Shown here: piece by piece, positions 25,100 through 38,561 of the stretch
Position numbering within the stretch: the first letter of the stretch is position 1
How the letters are laid out: each line of letters opens with the position of its first letter
NCBI GenBank assembly: GCA_964016885.1
Contig: OZ024741.1
Span: 400,334,001-400,398,000 of the forward strand
DNA from: Eledone cirrhosa
Lineage: Eukaryota
Length of the DNA: 64,000 nt
Direction: 5' to 3'
Program-made: the position numbers and the translations under genes
The notes under the pieces: model-generated
The model's database searches: none
What the model saw: the letters and a program-made list of their open reading frames with translations, nothing else
Told to the model about the DNA's origin: nothing

Positions 25100-25665
25100 T
25101 ACCATATTTGACTGCTTATAAGATATACTTTTATCTCCCCAAAATATACCAGAAAATCACCCTGTATCTTATAAGGTCAAGGGACAGTTTGGCTTATTGG
25201 CTAGTGGAGCCCTAGTTCTGTAGTGGTGCATGGCTTAGTGGTTAGAGCATTGGGCTTGCAATCGAAAGGTTGTGAGTTCAATTCTCGGACCAGGTTATTT
25301 CACGTTGCTCCAGTTTACTTAGCTGTAGAAGTATAGGACTAGGGTCCCTATCATTAAATTACCCAAGACACCCCCAACGAGATATACCTTGGAGGAGGCC
25401 AGCTAAACCTGCATAGATGTGAGCTGTCACATACACACACACAGTGCTGTAGTGGCCCTTAGATTAAGTTTTCACACTTCCTTATGTTTTAAAAATGTAC
25501 TAAAATATTACAACCAGAATTATGTTGGAGAATGATAATCAAAAGAATATGATGTACAAACTTTATACCCTTTACCTGACATTTGTAATTTAAACCCATC
25601 AAATTGATTTTTTTTTAAATGCCTGCCTAGATTGAGGTGTGTCTTATAAGCCATTGAATACGATA
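25100..25665. mobile_element. TA-flanked MITE with an inserted tRNA-SINE (25222-25443, ending (CA)n)
   Basis: taccatatttgactgcttataagata vs gtcttataagccattgaatacgata; the SINE head is tggcttagtggttagagc...gagttcaattc. Confidence 0.6.
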
Positions 25666-25685
25666 ATCCTTTTATATTTTATCAG

Positions 25686-25870
25686 AGTTGGTTCGGCAGT
25701 TATCAGAGAAGTATAAACTACCTTTAAAAACTAGCTACAATTCCACACGCGGATTCTTCATGCAGCTCTATTCAGGGAACAAAGAGAAGTATGTGGTAGA
25801 TACACTACCATCCATCTTCATTAAAGTCAGCAAACACAAAAGTACTTTAAGTTTCACAACTACCGATCTT
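25686..25870 (+). CDS. MSH4: MSH4 exon J
   Basis: tatcag|AG...CTT|gtaagt; ELVRQLSEKYKLPLKTSYNSTRGFFMQ...FTTTDL. Confidence 0.93.
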
Positions 25871-27573
25871 GTAAGTCATTCACAGTTTCTAAAATATTGC
25901 TAGACATTGTTTTTTTGCTTGCTTTTTGTTTTTCAAGATAAAATCCTTTAACCCTTTAGCATTTACATTACTTTATATATACTATGGTATTTTCGTGGTA
26001 AAGGCTTTACCTTACATAATTATCTCACATAATTTCGAAGCTCTGAGATTTTGATATTATTTACTTTGAGAACAATACCTTAACATCAGTATGAGTGGCC
26101 GGTTACAGCCGGTTTGAACAAAAAAAAAGGTGAAAGAATTCTGGCTGGATATGGCCGGTTTAAATGCTAAAACATTAAGTGAAGTATTGTTGAAAAATAA
26201 GTTAAATATATGCCAGGAGTTATGACTGGTAGATAGTCTCAGCAATTGATCTGACAAATTCCACCTCACTTGGTAAGCGAATGAGGTCTGAATTTTTAAA
26301 TTTAAGCTAAGCTGGCTATCCCACCATATACAAAGGAGCTTCACCAGCTCATATACATAGGCAAGAAATCAATAAGATCCTAGCTTATTTTTGTCTCAAC
26401 AGAAGCGAGGTGGATATGTAACCTTGACAAGCAACAAGTGAGAACCAATATGTTGGTTAATTCCCCTTGTATTTGCTGAGGCTAGGGTGTATGAACGTGG
26501 TGACAACCTTTAAAAGATTCACAGGCTGGCAAATGTTTTTCATAAACATCCTTATTTAGATATGTTTTTTTTAAAATGTCTGTTGTCCTTTATGTTGTTG
26601 CTGCTGCTACTGTTGTTGTTGCTGCTGTCATTTTTTTTTGCTGTCATTTTTGTTTAGCTTCATATAACCTTTAAGCCTCCCCTCCCCCCAAAACCTGATC
26701 CAAGTCATTCCAACTGTGACCATTCTATATATATTCTGGTCTGTGTGTCCTAGACAATATAATTGTTTCTACTTTTGGCACAAGGCCAGCAATTATTCCA
26801 GTGTATTACTGGTACTTTATTTTATCGACCCCGTAAGGATGAAAGGCAAAGTTAACCTCGGCGGGATTTGAACTCAGAATGGAAAGGGCCGTAACTCTAT
26901 GCGTCAAAGCATGGCGTCCACCCTCTACCGATAATGATTTCTCATATAAGCACAAGGCTAGTAATTTTGGGGGTGGGTAAAGTCGATTAAATAGACCCCA
27001 GTATGTTATTGGTGCTTTATTTTATCGACCCCACAAGGATGAAAGACAAAGTTAACCTTGGCGGGATTTGAACTCAGACCGTAAGGGGCCGTAACTCTAT
27101 GGTGTCCAACTCACTACTGATACTGTCAATCCACTGCCCTCATCCCAGACCAAATAATGCAATGTGTTTTTTCTATTTTAGAAACAGTAGTTTATGATTT
27201 GAGAAAGATTTGACTGCTATTTCTAACAATTCAAGCAACCACATACAAGCTCCATTTAATCGTTTTGTTACTGTATTTCTCATAAACTACACTGAAAATA
27301 ATCGAGAATTCAGAGAGACTTAATAATATAACTAACTTTGTCTTTATTAAACCAGTATTTGGAACATAGCTTAATGAAGGTTCTTGCATAAAATTATGAT
27401 GGAAATGTTTTGTATAAATATAGACAATGTGGTTGGTGTTAGGAAGGGCATCCAGCCATAGAAAACCTGCCAGATAGTCCTATACGAGCGAGACACGGTC
27501 ACCCGACCAATCTTGCCTCAAATTGGGACAACTCCCGTCTAACCCATGCTAGCGTGGAAGATAGATGTTAAAC

Positions 27574-27604
<31 letters not shown>

Positions 27605-28197
27605 CAGGGTCAGTTTCAGACAGTTTTTATCAAACAGGTTAACTTTTATATTCTGCCATTCTGCCTTGTTTGAGCCCACTCCCTATGGAGGTTGTTACTA
27701 TCATTGTCAACTACCCTTTGTCAACTTCATCATTATCATCATCGTTTTACGTCTGTTCTTCCACACTAGCATCGGTTAGATGAGTTGTCCTGTTGTGGGC
27801 AGTGTCCAGTCAGCTGACCTTGTCTTGCTCATACGGGAGCTGATTCTGGCTTGATTTCTACAGCTGGATGCCCTTCCTAACACCAACCTCATTTACAGTG
27901 AGGGCTGGGTGCTTTTTTGCCGTGACACCCCCATGACCACTTTGCAGTGTGAGGGGCTAGGGGCATATAGTCTATATGCTTCAGCTTCAGCTTGTACCTG
28001 TGGGAAGTCGGGTCATGGTCGTGTGTCATCACCCTTCAGAGGTGCAATTGGGTAAGGTCAAGCTATGGAACTGAGCTGAATAGTCAAATAACCAAATCTT
28101 AAAATGTTACTAAAGAAAACCTCCACTAGCTGAAAACAGTCTTTTCAAACATTATTGAAAGAAAATGAGCAAGGTCTAATTTTTTCTTTTAAATTTG

Positions 28198-28426
28198 TTA
28201 ACTCTTTAGCATTTACATTACTCTATACATGCTATTGTATTTTCAAGGTAAAGGCTCTACTTCACATAATTATCTCACAAAATATTGAATCTATGAGATT
28301 TTGATATTATTTATCTTGAGATCAATACCTTAACATCAGTATCAGTGGCCATTTATGGCCGGTTTGAACAGAAAGAGGTGAGAGAATTCTGGCCGGATAC
28401 TGTCAGTTTAAAAGATAAAGGGTTAA
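28198..28426. mobile_element. piggyBac-like MITE (TTAA target, about 225 bp)
   Basis: TTAA-c(c/t)ctttagcattta...taaaggg-TTAA; copies at 25948-26178, 37130-37358 and once per tandem unit (43908-44135 etc.). Confidence 0.75.
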
Positions 28427-29405
28427 AAGATTCTAAATTGATTTTCCTACATCAAATGTCAAAATACTTGTTTACTACTGTTTACAACTATGTCAAATAG
28501 AAAAAAGTCTTCATATATTTTCTCCACATGTGAAAAAAATAACTGTCATAAATAAATCTCATATCAGATCTACCTGTCTTAAATGGCAATGATATGTTAG
28601 CCGTAAGAAACTCTCAGGAGAGCTGGACAGTAGAAGGACTTCAAAGAAGAAGTCCTCACTCAAGAAAATATTTTGGCCCAAATCAGATCTACCTGTCTTA
28701 AAATGGCAATGCTACATTGCATTATAGTGGTAGTTCCCAAGCTTTTTATACATGCACCTTTGATGAGTTGTAGTGCACCTGAAAACTCCCGCTGAGGTTA
28801 ACTTTGCCTTTCATCCTTACGGGGTCGATAAAATAAAGTACCAGTAATGCACTGGGATAATTGCTGGCCTTGTGCCAAAAGTAGAAACAATTATAATATA
28901 TATATATCATCATCATCACTATCATCGTTTTTACATCCATTTTTCCATACTTGCATGTGTTGTACAGGTCCCTCTCAGCAAAGGTCTCTCCACTCACTAT
29001 ATTCCTTTATTATCTCCTCTGTGAGTCTCACCGATTTGAGGTCAGCTCTCGCCACCTCTGCCCAGATCTTCCTTGGTCTACCTCTACTATGGCTCCTTTC
29101 CATTGGTATTTCCTGGCATTTCTTCAGCTATAGGCCATTGTCCATGTACATCACATGTCTGTACCAATGCAGTCTTCTCTCTTGCACACCATCTCAGATT
29201 CCTCTATGGAGGAATAAGATGCCACGAATATCTTCAGTATTATACCATTTAAGAAACAAAAGGATGTTTGTGTCCCCCATAAATAGGGGAGCATTTTGGC
29301 AAATAGACAGCATTATATACACCATACTTGAAATAAACTATGGATTGACACATCAGGAAGGGCATCCTGCTATAGAAAAACTGCCTCAAAAGGTCTTGAC
29401 CAATC

Positions 29406-29698
29406 CAGGATTGGCTTTAGACCTTGGGGGAGGGGCACATCAGGTTTGTGGGGGCCCTTATACTAAAAAAATTTGAATACACAGACCCCTCACCCCCATT
29501 TTACATATCAAAGTTAACTTGCCACAAGTAATTGGAATTAAAATGTTATACATACAAGTATTAAATTCAAAAATTCTAACCATTCTAAAACTAAAAAGCC
29601 CATCTAATAGTACAAATAAATTGCTACAGCCATCGCTGATGGTGGCTCCCCACTGCAGAGGGCCCTGGGAAATTTCCCCCCAATTAAATCCAGCCCTG
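29406..29698. mobile_element. hAT-like MITE with an 8-bp target-site duplication
   Basis: TIRs caggattggcttta / taaatccagccctg; flanks gaccaatc (29398) and gtccaatc (29699); inserted into an RTE-tail remnant. Confidence 0.7.
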
Positions 29699-29828
29699 GT
29701 CCAATCCATGGAAGTCTGGAAAAACAGATCTAAAATTGATGATAATTTCATAACAATTTGTTATCAATACAATCAATAAATTTATGACTAATCTATATTA
29801 TATTTTCATATTTCTTTATGTTTTTCAG

Positions 29829-29841
29829 ATAAGACTTAATG
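29829..29841 (+). CDS. MSH4: MSH4 13-nt microexon K (IRLN-D)
   Basis: tttttcag|ATAAGACTTAATG|gtaggt. It bridges phase 0 to phase 1, giving TTDL-IRLND-RVKESL. Confidence 0.88.
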
Positions 29842-29930
29842 GTAGGTTGTTCTTTTCCAATAATTAACATTATCAATTTATCTCCTGCTCCCACCACTCT
29901 TATCCTAACCTCTCACACTTTCATCATCAT

Positions 29931-31052
29931 CATGTGTCAGATCTATTCCAGACATTAGCAATCATGGCACTCCAGTCTTTCCTGTTGTCACTGTTCTGGA
30001 TGAGGTCATATCATCATCACCATGTGTCAGATCTATTCCAGACATTAGCAATCATGGCACTCCAGTCTTTCCTGTTGTCACTGTTCTGGATGAGGTCATA
30101 TCATCATCATCATCATCATGTGTCAGATCTATTCCAGACATTAGCAATCATGGCACTCCAGTCTTTCCTGTTGTCACTGTTCTGGATGAGGTCATATCAT
30201 CATCATCATCACCATGTGTCAGATCTATTTCAGACATTAGCAATCATGGCACTCCAGTCTTTCCTGTTGTCACTGTTCTGGATGAGGTCATATCATCATC
30301 ATCATCACCATGTGTCAGATCTATTCCAGACATTAGCAATCATGGCACTCCAGTCTTTCCTGTTGTCACTGTTCTGGATGAGGTCATATCATCATCATCA
30401 TCACCATGTGTCAGATCTATTCCAGACATTAGCAATCATGGCATTCCAGTCTTTCCTGTTGTCACTGTTCTGGATGAGGTCATATCATCATCATCATCAC
30501 CATGTGTCAGATCTATTCCAGACATTAGCAATCATGGCACTCCAGTCTTTCCTGTTGTCACTGTTCTGGATGAGGTCATATCATCATCATCATCACCATG
30601 TGTCAGATCTATTCCAGACATTAGCAATCATGGCACTCCAGTCTTTCCTGTTGTCACTGTTCTGGATGAGGTCATATCATCATCATCATCACCATGTGTC
30701 AGATCTATTCCAGACATTAGCAATCATGGCACTCCAGTCTTTCCTGTTGTCACTGTTCTGGATGAGGTCATATCATCATCATCATCACCATGTGTCAGAT
30801 CTATTCCAGACATTAGCAATCATGGCACTCCAGTCTTTCCTGTTGTCACTGTTCTGGATGAGGTCATATCATCATCATCATCACCATGTGTCAGATCTAT
30901 TCCAGACATTAGCAATCATGGCACTCCAGTCTTTCCTGTTGTCACTGTTCTGGATGAGGTCATATCATCATCACCATGTGTCAGATCTATTCCAGACATT
31001 AGCAATCATGGCACTCCAGTCTTTCCTGTTGTCACTGTTCTGGATGAGGTCA
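29931..31052. repeat. 12-copy tandem array of a 96-bp (90-96) unit equal to a LINE 3' terminus on the minus strand
   Basis: Units start at 29931, 30021, 30117, 30213, 30309, 30405, 30501, 30597, 30693, 30789, 30885 and 30975; nearly identical; (CAT)n at each junction. Confidence 0.95.
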
Positions 31053-31415
31053 CTCTTACTCCCCTGTTTTCGTTGGTGTATTTATTCAGGCTGTTTGTAA
31101 ATGTTGTTCTTTGTCTTCCTTGTCTCATCCTTCCAGAGTCAATAAAGTATGAACTAGAGTTGGCTGAATTGTCCATAGGCTGGCGAAGATACTCTCATGG
31201 AATGACCAAATGAGGTTTATTTTTCAACATAGTACCTGGAAATAAACAATGCAATTATTGTTTGGAGTTCCTTCAATTGATTAGTTTCACTAGTAGTTAT
31301 TAATAAGAAGAGTTGAAATTAATGCATGCAGGATTTCATAGCTCTAGCATCACTCCTTTATAATCAGCCTATGAACGTTTCAGCTGACCCTCTTACTAAC
31401 ACTGCGTTAGTGCAG

Positions 31416-31490
<75 letters not shown>

Positions 31491-31794
31491 TATATCCCTC
31501 TCTCTCTAGTGCCCTCTCTCTAGTGCCCTCTGTCTCTCTCTTTTCTGCATCTCTCATATCTGGTTGTTTCATTTGTTCAACTGTGCGTGTATCAAGGGAG
31601 TGTCTCAGTCTCTCACAACTATGTGGCTACCTAAAATCACCAATAAAACATGGTTCATGCTAGTTTATTAGAAAAACTGTCATGTGCTAGTTTATTGTCC
31701 TCAATTGTAAGTGACAGCTGTAGTTATACACTGTTGAGTGTATCTGTATAATGATACTTTTGTAAAGTTTTCTCTTGTTGCATTTGTAAGTTTT

Positions 31795-33680
31795 ATATCA
31801 AACAATGCCTGTGCTTGAAGCTTTTTTAAGTGAGGAAAGGCTTTGCATGGGGTCAGTTCCACTCTCTTAAAATCAAATGCATTTACCCCAAAAGAAGAAC
31901 TGGTCCACATCATTGGATGCAAATGAAGTTACAGGTTTTATATCAGAGAGACCTTCTCCTAGAGAGATGTCTTAATAGAGATGAGGAGACTCTCTCTCCA
32001 CAAAGAAAAGCAAAAAAAAACTTTATTGGATGGCCATTAACTCTGCTGAGTTCTTCTGCCCTTTGTCAGGTTTTATTTTTCATCCCGCAGGGTGCCCGAA
32101 TCACCCTCTTCACCAAGCAGGCTTGGTGGGGTTGTTGGTTTAGTTGCCAACGACCTGACCATGAGACAGATTGTACTGGGTTACATGTTACCAGCAGCAC
32201 TCGAGAATGACCTGACATAACATAGATATGTACATACACACATCCATACGTCATACATACATCATACATACATACATCATACATACATACATATATATAT
32301 ATACATACATATATACATACATACATCATCCATACATACATCATACATGATGGCTGCCCCCTTGATATCGAGTATGGCCATTGCACAATATACCATTATT
32401 AATAATTATTAATTAATTCTATCGAGCAATGCCTGTGCGTGAAGATATCTTTTAAAGTGAGGAAAGACTGTGCACTGAGCCAATCCCACTCTCTGAGCGA
32501 CAGTAGCTATAACCTGAAAAGAAGAAAAGATCAACATCATCTGTAACTACTGAGCCGCAGGTTTTATATCGGAGTTATCCCAGTTTCCTGAGTTGCCTTC
32601 TCCTAGAAGAATGCCCTGACAAAGGCTAGGGGTCCTTCACTCTCAGTGGTTTAACCATGCGGTACATGTGTATATACATATTTACACACTTTTGGATGGC
32701 TGTTGACTCTTATGAGTTCTTCCGCCCTTTATCAGGTTTTGTTTTTTGTCCTGCAGGGTGTCCCAAATCACCCTCCTCACCATACATACATACACACATA
32801 CATCATACATCATACATACATCATACACACATACATACATATATACATACATCATACATACATACATACATCATACATCATACATACATAGATGCACACA
32901 TCATACATACACACATACATATACATACACACATACATATACATACACACATACATATACATACACACATACATCATACATCATACATACAAACATATAT
33001 ACATTATACATACATACATACATATTTACATACATCATACATGGTGGCTGCCAACTCGTTTTCGAGTACGGCCACTACTTTACATCCATGTAGGAGAACC
33101 CCTACCGAAGCGCTGAACGAGTGTGACTTTTTAGTCCAGCCAGCGACTTGAAACCTCTGGTACAAACACTACACCTGTGACAATCATTGACACATAGTGC
33201 TGGGCCCATGGTAGGACAATTATTGACACATAGTGCTGGGCCCATGTGAGGACAAGTGCAGAGAGATCTCCAGATATAAAGCAATGCCTGTGCCGTGAAG
33301 CTTTTATAGTGAGCAAAGGCACTGCACAAAGCCAGTCCCACTCTCTTAACCAAGATGATATTTACCAAAAAGAAGAACAAGTCAACATCATTGGATTACC
33401 ATCAGGGTTGCAGGTGTTATATCAGAGTTTTCCTTCTCCTAGAATTCTGCCTTGACAAAGGCTAAGGGGTCATCTCTCCCGGTGATTTTGGATGGCCATT
33501 GACTCTTAAGAGCTCCTTTGCCCTTTGACAGGTTTTGTTTTTAGTCCTGCAGGATGTCCAAAGTCACCCTCCTCACCAAGAAACCTTGGTGGGGTTGCCA
33601 GTTTAGTCGCCAACGACCCGACCATGAGACAGGTTGTACTGGGATACATGTTACCAGTAGCACCAACTGGTGACCTGACA
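31795..33680 (-). mobile_element. Cluster of three related short retroelement remnants embedded in (CATA)n
   Basis: Three similar blocks (31795-32215, 32420-32780, 33280-33680), plus a C2H2 end, CSVCTRGFKSLAGLKSH, at about 33100-33180, typical of RTE/BovB-like C-termini. Confidence 0.65.
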
Positions 33681-33730
33681 TCATACATACATACATACAT
33701 ACATACATCATATATACATACATACATCAT

Positions 33731-33767
<37 letters not shown>

Positions 33768-33839
33768 TACATACATACATCATACATATATACATAGGAC
33801 ATACATACATACATACACACATACATACATACACTGTAC

Positions 33840-34570
33840 AATGCACTTCGTAAAAAAGATAGCCCCGATAATAAACACATTAAAAGCTACAGCAATGTGG
33901 AAGACACCCATGTACATAATATGAAAGAGTACTGGTGGAATGTTCCAGTAAAAACTCCAATAAAATGCAGGCATAACAGGCCAGATATTATGATATGGGA
34001 CCGGGAGAAGAAAACATGCACAGTAGTGGAAGTTAGCTGCCCAGCAGATGCCAATATAATATCAAAGATTAGTGAAAAGGAGAATATTTATGCAGAACTG
34101 ATGAGAAATCTGCAGATACTCCACCCTGATTACACCTTCAGATTTATACCTGTGATTATTGGGGCACTGGGATATGTTAGTAACTGCCTCAATACAAATC
34201 TTGAGAAGCTAGGCTTCACAGGAACAGAAAGAACACAACTAGTTAGGAAATTACAAGTACAATCCATTAATGGAACAGTAAAAATATGTAAAACATTCCA
34301 AAAATTGTGCATCTAATAACTGCATATACACATGTACAGATGCAAAGCATTACACATGTACAGATGCAAAGTATATACACATGCACACATACAACTCAAA
34401 ACATACACATCCACACATACAATAACATCCATATCTACACATGCATGCATACATACATATCTACCTAGTTGATGTTGTGTAAATTCCAATGAGAGAGTCT
34501 TGTGTCTATGTTAGAAACCGACTCTCTCTCTATTGGTAAAACTTTGTGAAATTATAAAACCAGAAGAACA
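33840..34570 (+). mobile_element. R4/Dong-like RLE non-LTR retrotransposon 3' fragment in (TACA)n
   Basis: ORF 33897..34316: HNRPDIMIWDREKKTCTVVEVSCP...KENIY...FIPVIIGALG, an RLE signature. Confidence 0.8.
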
Positions 34571-34739
34571 TACATATATATATATATACATACATATATA
34601 TATATATACATACATATGACATTTTCCATGACATTGATAAAATATTTCATTTCCATTCTTTTGTTTCTCCTCTGCATATTATTATTATTGTTGATTGTTG
34701 AGGTATTACAGCCCTGTTATTCTGGTTTTCTTGTTTCAG

Positions 34740-34785
34740 ATCGTGTCAAAGAATCTCTTCAAGAGGTTTACCTAATGACTAATAT
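34740..34785 (+). CDS. MSH4: MSH4 exon L
   Basis: tttcag|AT...AT|gtaagt; DRVKESLQEVYLMTN-I; phase 1 to 2. Confidence 0.92.
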
Positions 34786-34999
34786 GTAAGTAATTTTAAA
34801 GAAATATTTCAGAATATATTCTGTATAATCTCTACTGATTTTACATTGAATATTATGAATCTGTAGGTGGAGAACTGTCCGAGACATTAGGGCGTCGGAT
34901 TAAAACATATCTCCAGCTTACTGGACTTTCACTTTAAATCTCTTTGCCTTACATTCTTTTGAGGTTGATAAATAAACTACCAGTTCAGTACTGAGATTT

Positions 35000-35099
<100 letters not shown>

Positions 35100-36439
35100 A
35101 CACTGTCTGGAAGAAATCAGCTGTGTTCTGACCAGGAGAGGTTTTAAATGAGCAAGATGTCACCACGGGACCCATAGTCTTTTTTTCTGTCTATCTATCT
35201 ATCTATCTATATATCCATCTATCTATCTCTGTGTTCTGACCTGGAGAGGGATGGTCTCCACCAACTTTAAAATACCCAAGCCACCATCAAAAGTTAAGGG
35301 TACCTTTACCCAACCTTATGAATCTGTATCATATGTATAGACTACTAAGAGTATTTGACAACTTCTGTGATATTATTATTGCAGTAAGAGTGGTTGATTG
35401 GCAGTATTGGTAGAGGGTCAGACACCATGCTTTGCAGCAAAATGTTACGACCCTTTATGATCTGAGTTCAAATCCCGCCGAGGTTAACTTTGCCTTTCAT
35501 CCTTACGAGGTTGATAAAATAAAGTACCAGTAATGTACTGGGATAATTGCTGGCCTTGTGCCAACAGTAGAAATAGTTATTATTACAGTAGAGGCAGATG
35601 TTCCAAAAGTATAATAGCTAAATTAAGAATAGGATGGGGAGAAATATTCAGGGAGCTGTTAACTGTTACTTCTGCTACTGCTAACAAAGAAGATCCTTTT
35701 TCTGAGTGAAGGGCAGATTGATGTTTGATTGTAAGGTTCTTGTGTAAGAAGAGAGATATTACAAGGTAGAAAAACATGGATATTTATGAATGAGGGGAAT
35801 GAGTGAAGGTTAGAATGAAATGAGGTGGGTATATTCTGCTGGATGTATCATATTTGTGTGAATGAATGATGAGGCACAAATGAACATAAATGAGCTGACA
35901 AGGTCTGAATACAGCAAATTTCTCCCAAAGAAGGAGATAGAGAGTGATAGCAAATAAGTGAGAATGAGATGTAGAGGAGGGAGAAAAAGAATCAACCCCA
36001 GTACTTGACTGGTACCTTTTTGTATCGACCTCAAAAGGATGAAAGCTAAAGTTGATCTTGGCAGGATTTGAACTCAGATCGAAGAGAGCTGAAATGAATA
36101 CCACAAAACATTCTATCAAACGCTTTAATGACTCTGCCAATTTGCTGCCTCTGGGGTGCGTAACATTTTGAAAAGATGTTTCTGGTTTCTTCCTGCATGG
36201 AAGGAAGGGCATTTGTTTTTTTATAGTTTTTAGTTGTTGTTTTTTTTAATCTTTAATGATAGTCTAGATATAGTTTTTAATTTTTAGTTGTTTTTTTAAA
36301 AATCTTTAATGATAGTGTCGATATAAAAGAAAATATGTGTTGTTATAATTGACTCATTAAAATTAGGACATAATAGACATAACAATTTCCTTCACATTAA
36401 AAGCAGGTTTTAATTTTAGCTATTTCTGCATGTATGCTC

Positions 36440-36682
36440 TTGTGTGTTTAATGTTTTTTTAATTTGTGTGTACATGTGTGTATGCAAGTTTGTTTGTGTC
36501 TGTATGTTTGTGTGCTTGTGTATATGTGTTTGTGTTTGTGTGTATGCGAGTTTGTTTGTGTCTGTATGTTTGTGCGCTTGTGTATATGTGTGTTTATGTA
36601 CTTGTGTTTGTGTATGTTTGTTTGTTTTTGTGTGTATGTATGTTTGTGTGCTTCTGTATGTATGATTGTTTGTATGTGTGTC
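36440..36682. repeat. Degenerate GT-rich simple repeat
   Basis: Direct reading of the sequence. Confidence 0.85.
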
Positions 36683-37419
36683 CCCACCAATAAGTGTATA
36701 TAGTTCTAAAATCTAAAGTTAAATGGTTGACACTAACAATAGCAGCCAGCTGTAAAAGAAATGCTTCAGTGAAATATTACATAGATTTATAAACCTATTA
36801 ACATATCCACACTATTAAATTCATGATTTCATTATACATTTAGCAATAAGATTGTTTTTTAATGCTTGGTGGATTGGCAGTATAGGTAGGGGGTCGGACA
36901 CCATGCTTTGACGCATAGAGTTACGCCCTTTGCCATTCTGAGTTCAAATCGCGCCGAGGTTAACTTTGCCTTTCATCCTTACGGGGTCGATAAAATAAAG
37001 TACCAGTAATCTACTAGGTAATTGCTGGCCTTGTGCCAAAAGTAGAAACAATTATTATAGAATATTTTATCTACATTTTATTTAGATTTAAATGTATGAC
37101 AGAAATTAATACCCATGGTGAAAAAAAAATTAACTCTTTATCATTTATATTACTCTATATTTACTATTATATTCTCACAGTAGAGGCTTTACCTCACATA
37201 ATTATCTTGCATAATATCGAATCTATGACATTTTGATATTATTTATTTTGAGAACAATACCTTAACATCAGTATGAGTAGCCAGTTACAGCCAGTTTGAT
37301 TAGAAAAAGGTTAAAGAATTCTGGCCAGATATGGCCAGTTTAAATGCTAAAGAGTTAAGTTAATTTCCTCAAAAAATATTTTGAAATTTGAGACTAATTA
37401 AATGTTATTTCTTTTTCAG

Positions 37420-37544
37420 TGTTGTTACTGAGCTTCTTAATGATATCAGAAGCTGTATTAGTTGTTTGTACAAACTATCAGAGTGTGTTTCCATGTTAGA
37501 TATGCTCACAGCATTCGCACATCTTTGTACCTTATCTGACTATA
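37420..37544 (+). CDS. MSH4: MSH4 exon M, last found in window
   Basis: tttcag|T...TATA|gtaagt; [41 protein letters not shown]. The ATPase domain should follow in later exons. Confidence 0.94.
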
Positions 37545-37869
37545 GTAAGTATATTATCATTTCACTGTCTTTCATCATTTCACTGTCTTTCATCATTACA
37601 AGGTCATTAATATAAAGTACCAGTCAAGTACTTGGGTCAATGTACTCTGTTCTTTGTTAATAAATAATTGTTTCTACTTTTGGCACAAGGCCAGCAATTA
37701 CCCAGTGCATTACTGGTACTTTATTTTATCGACCCCGTAAGGATGAAAGGCAAAGTTAACCTCGGCAGGATTTGAACTCAGAATGGCAAAGCCGTAACTC
37801 TATACGACAAAGCATGGCGTCCGACCCTCTACCGATACTGCCAATCCACCGCCCCGTTATTAAATAATA

Positions 37870-38320
37870 ATAATAAGGAAATTATTGTGTACAGTGCTCA
37901 GGTGCACTACAACTCAACAAGAATAATGTACAAATGTCAGGAAAATAAACAGTGTACAAGTCATGAAATACATGTGTGCGTGTGTATGGAGGGGGGATAT
38001 CAGGTGTAGTGTTGGTGAATCTCAGGAAGCATGGAGGTTTTAAAGGATGCAGTGTCTCGACAGCTAACAACTGATGCAGGTAGTTTGTTCCATGCTTCAG
38101 CAACTCTGAGCGTGAAAAAATGTTTCCGAAAGTCATGGGATCTGTACTGTTTTCTGACTTTGTTGGCATGCCCACGTGTGTTAGACACATGAAGATCAAA
38201 AAGGTGCTCAGGGTTGTTGTTGGCAAGATGGTTAATAATTTTGTGGGTGTTTACCAAGTCAGTTGCCAGACGTCGGAGCTTCAATGAATCCATGCCCAAG
38301 GAAGCAAGGCATTCAGTAGT
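37870..38320 (-). mobile_element. CR1-clade LINE 3' fragment
   Basis: SLKLRRLATDL..TRGH..K..RKHFFTLRVAEAWNKLP..FK. Confidence 0.85.
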
Positions 38321-38561
38321 TGTTCCTGTGTTTTGAGAAGCATGTGGCAGCAAGCTTCCATCAGTATGGTTGATCTGCCATGGCTCTCCTCACACCTGTC
38401 TAACTAACTCTTATACATCTGAAATCCTTCATGGAACTGATACAGCATGATAGTGTTTTGCTTCATAAATGGATTTCTTCATTTGTGACTTTGTCTTTCC
38501 AGATGACTTTGAAGATCTTTTACAGGCAATGTTGGTGGAAAGTCTACAGCTTATTCATGAT

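Noticed and set aside
29931-31052. CRISPR-like array
   Set aside because: Units are contiguous near-identical repeats with no unique spacers, there are no cas genes, and the context is a eukaryotic intron.
29934-31100. 388-aa poly-His repeat protein
   Set aside because: It starts at GTG and is the antisense read of a tandemly repeated LINE tail; the His runs are (CAT)n.
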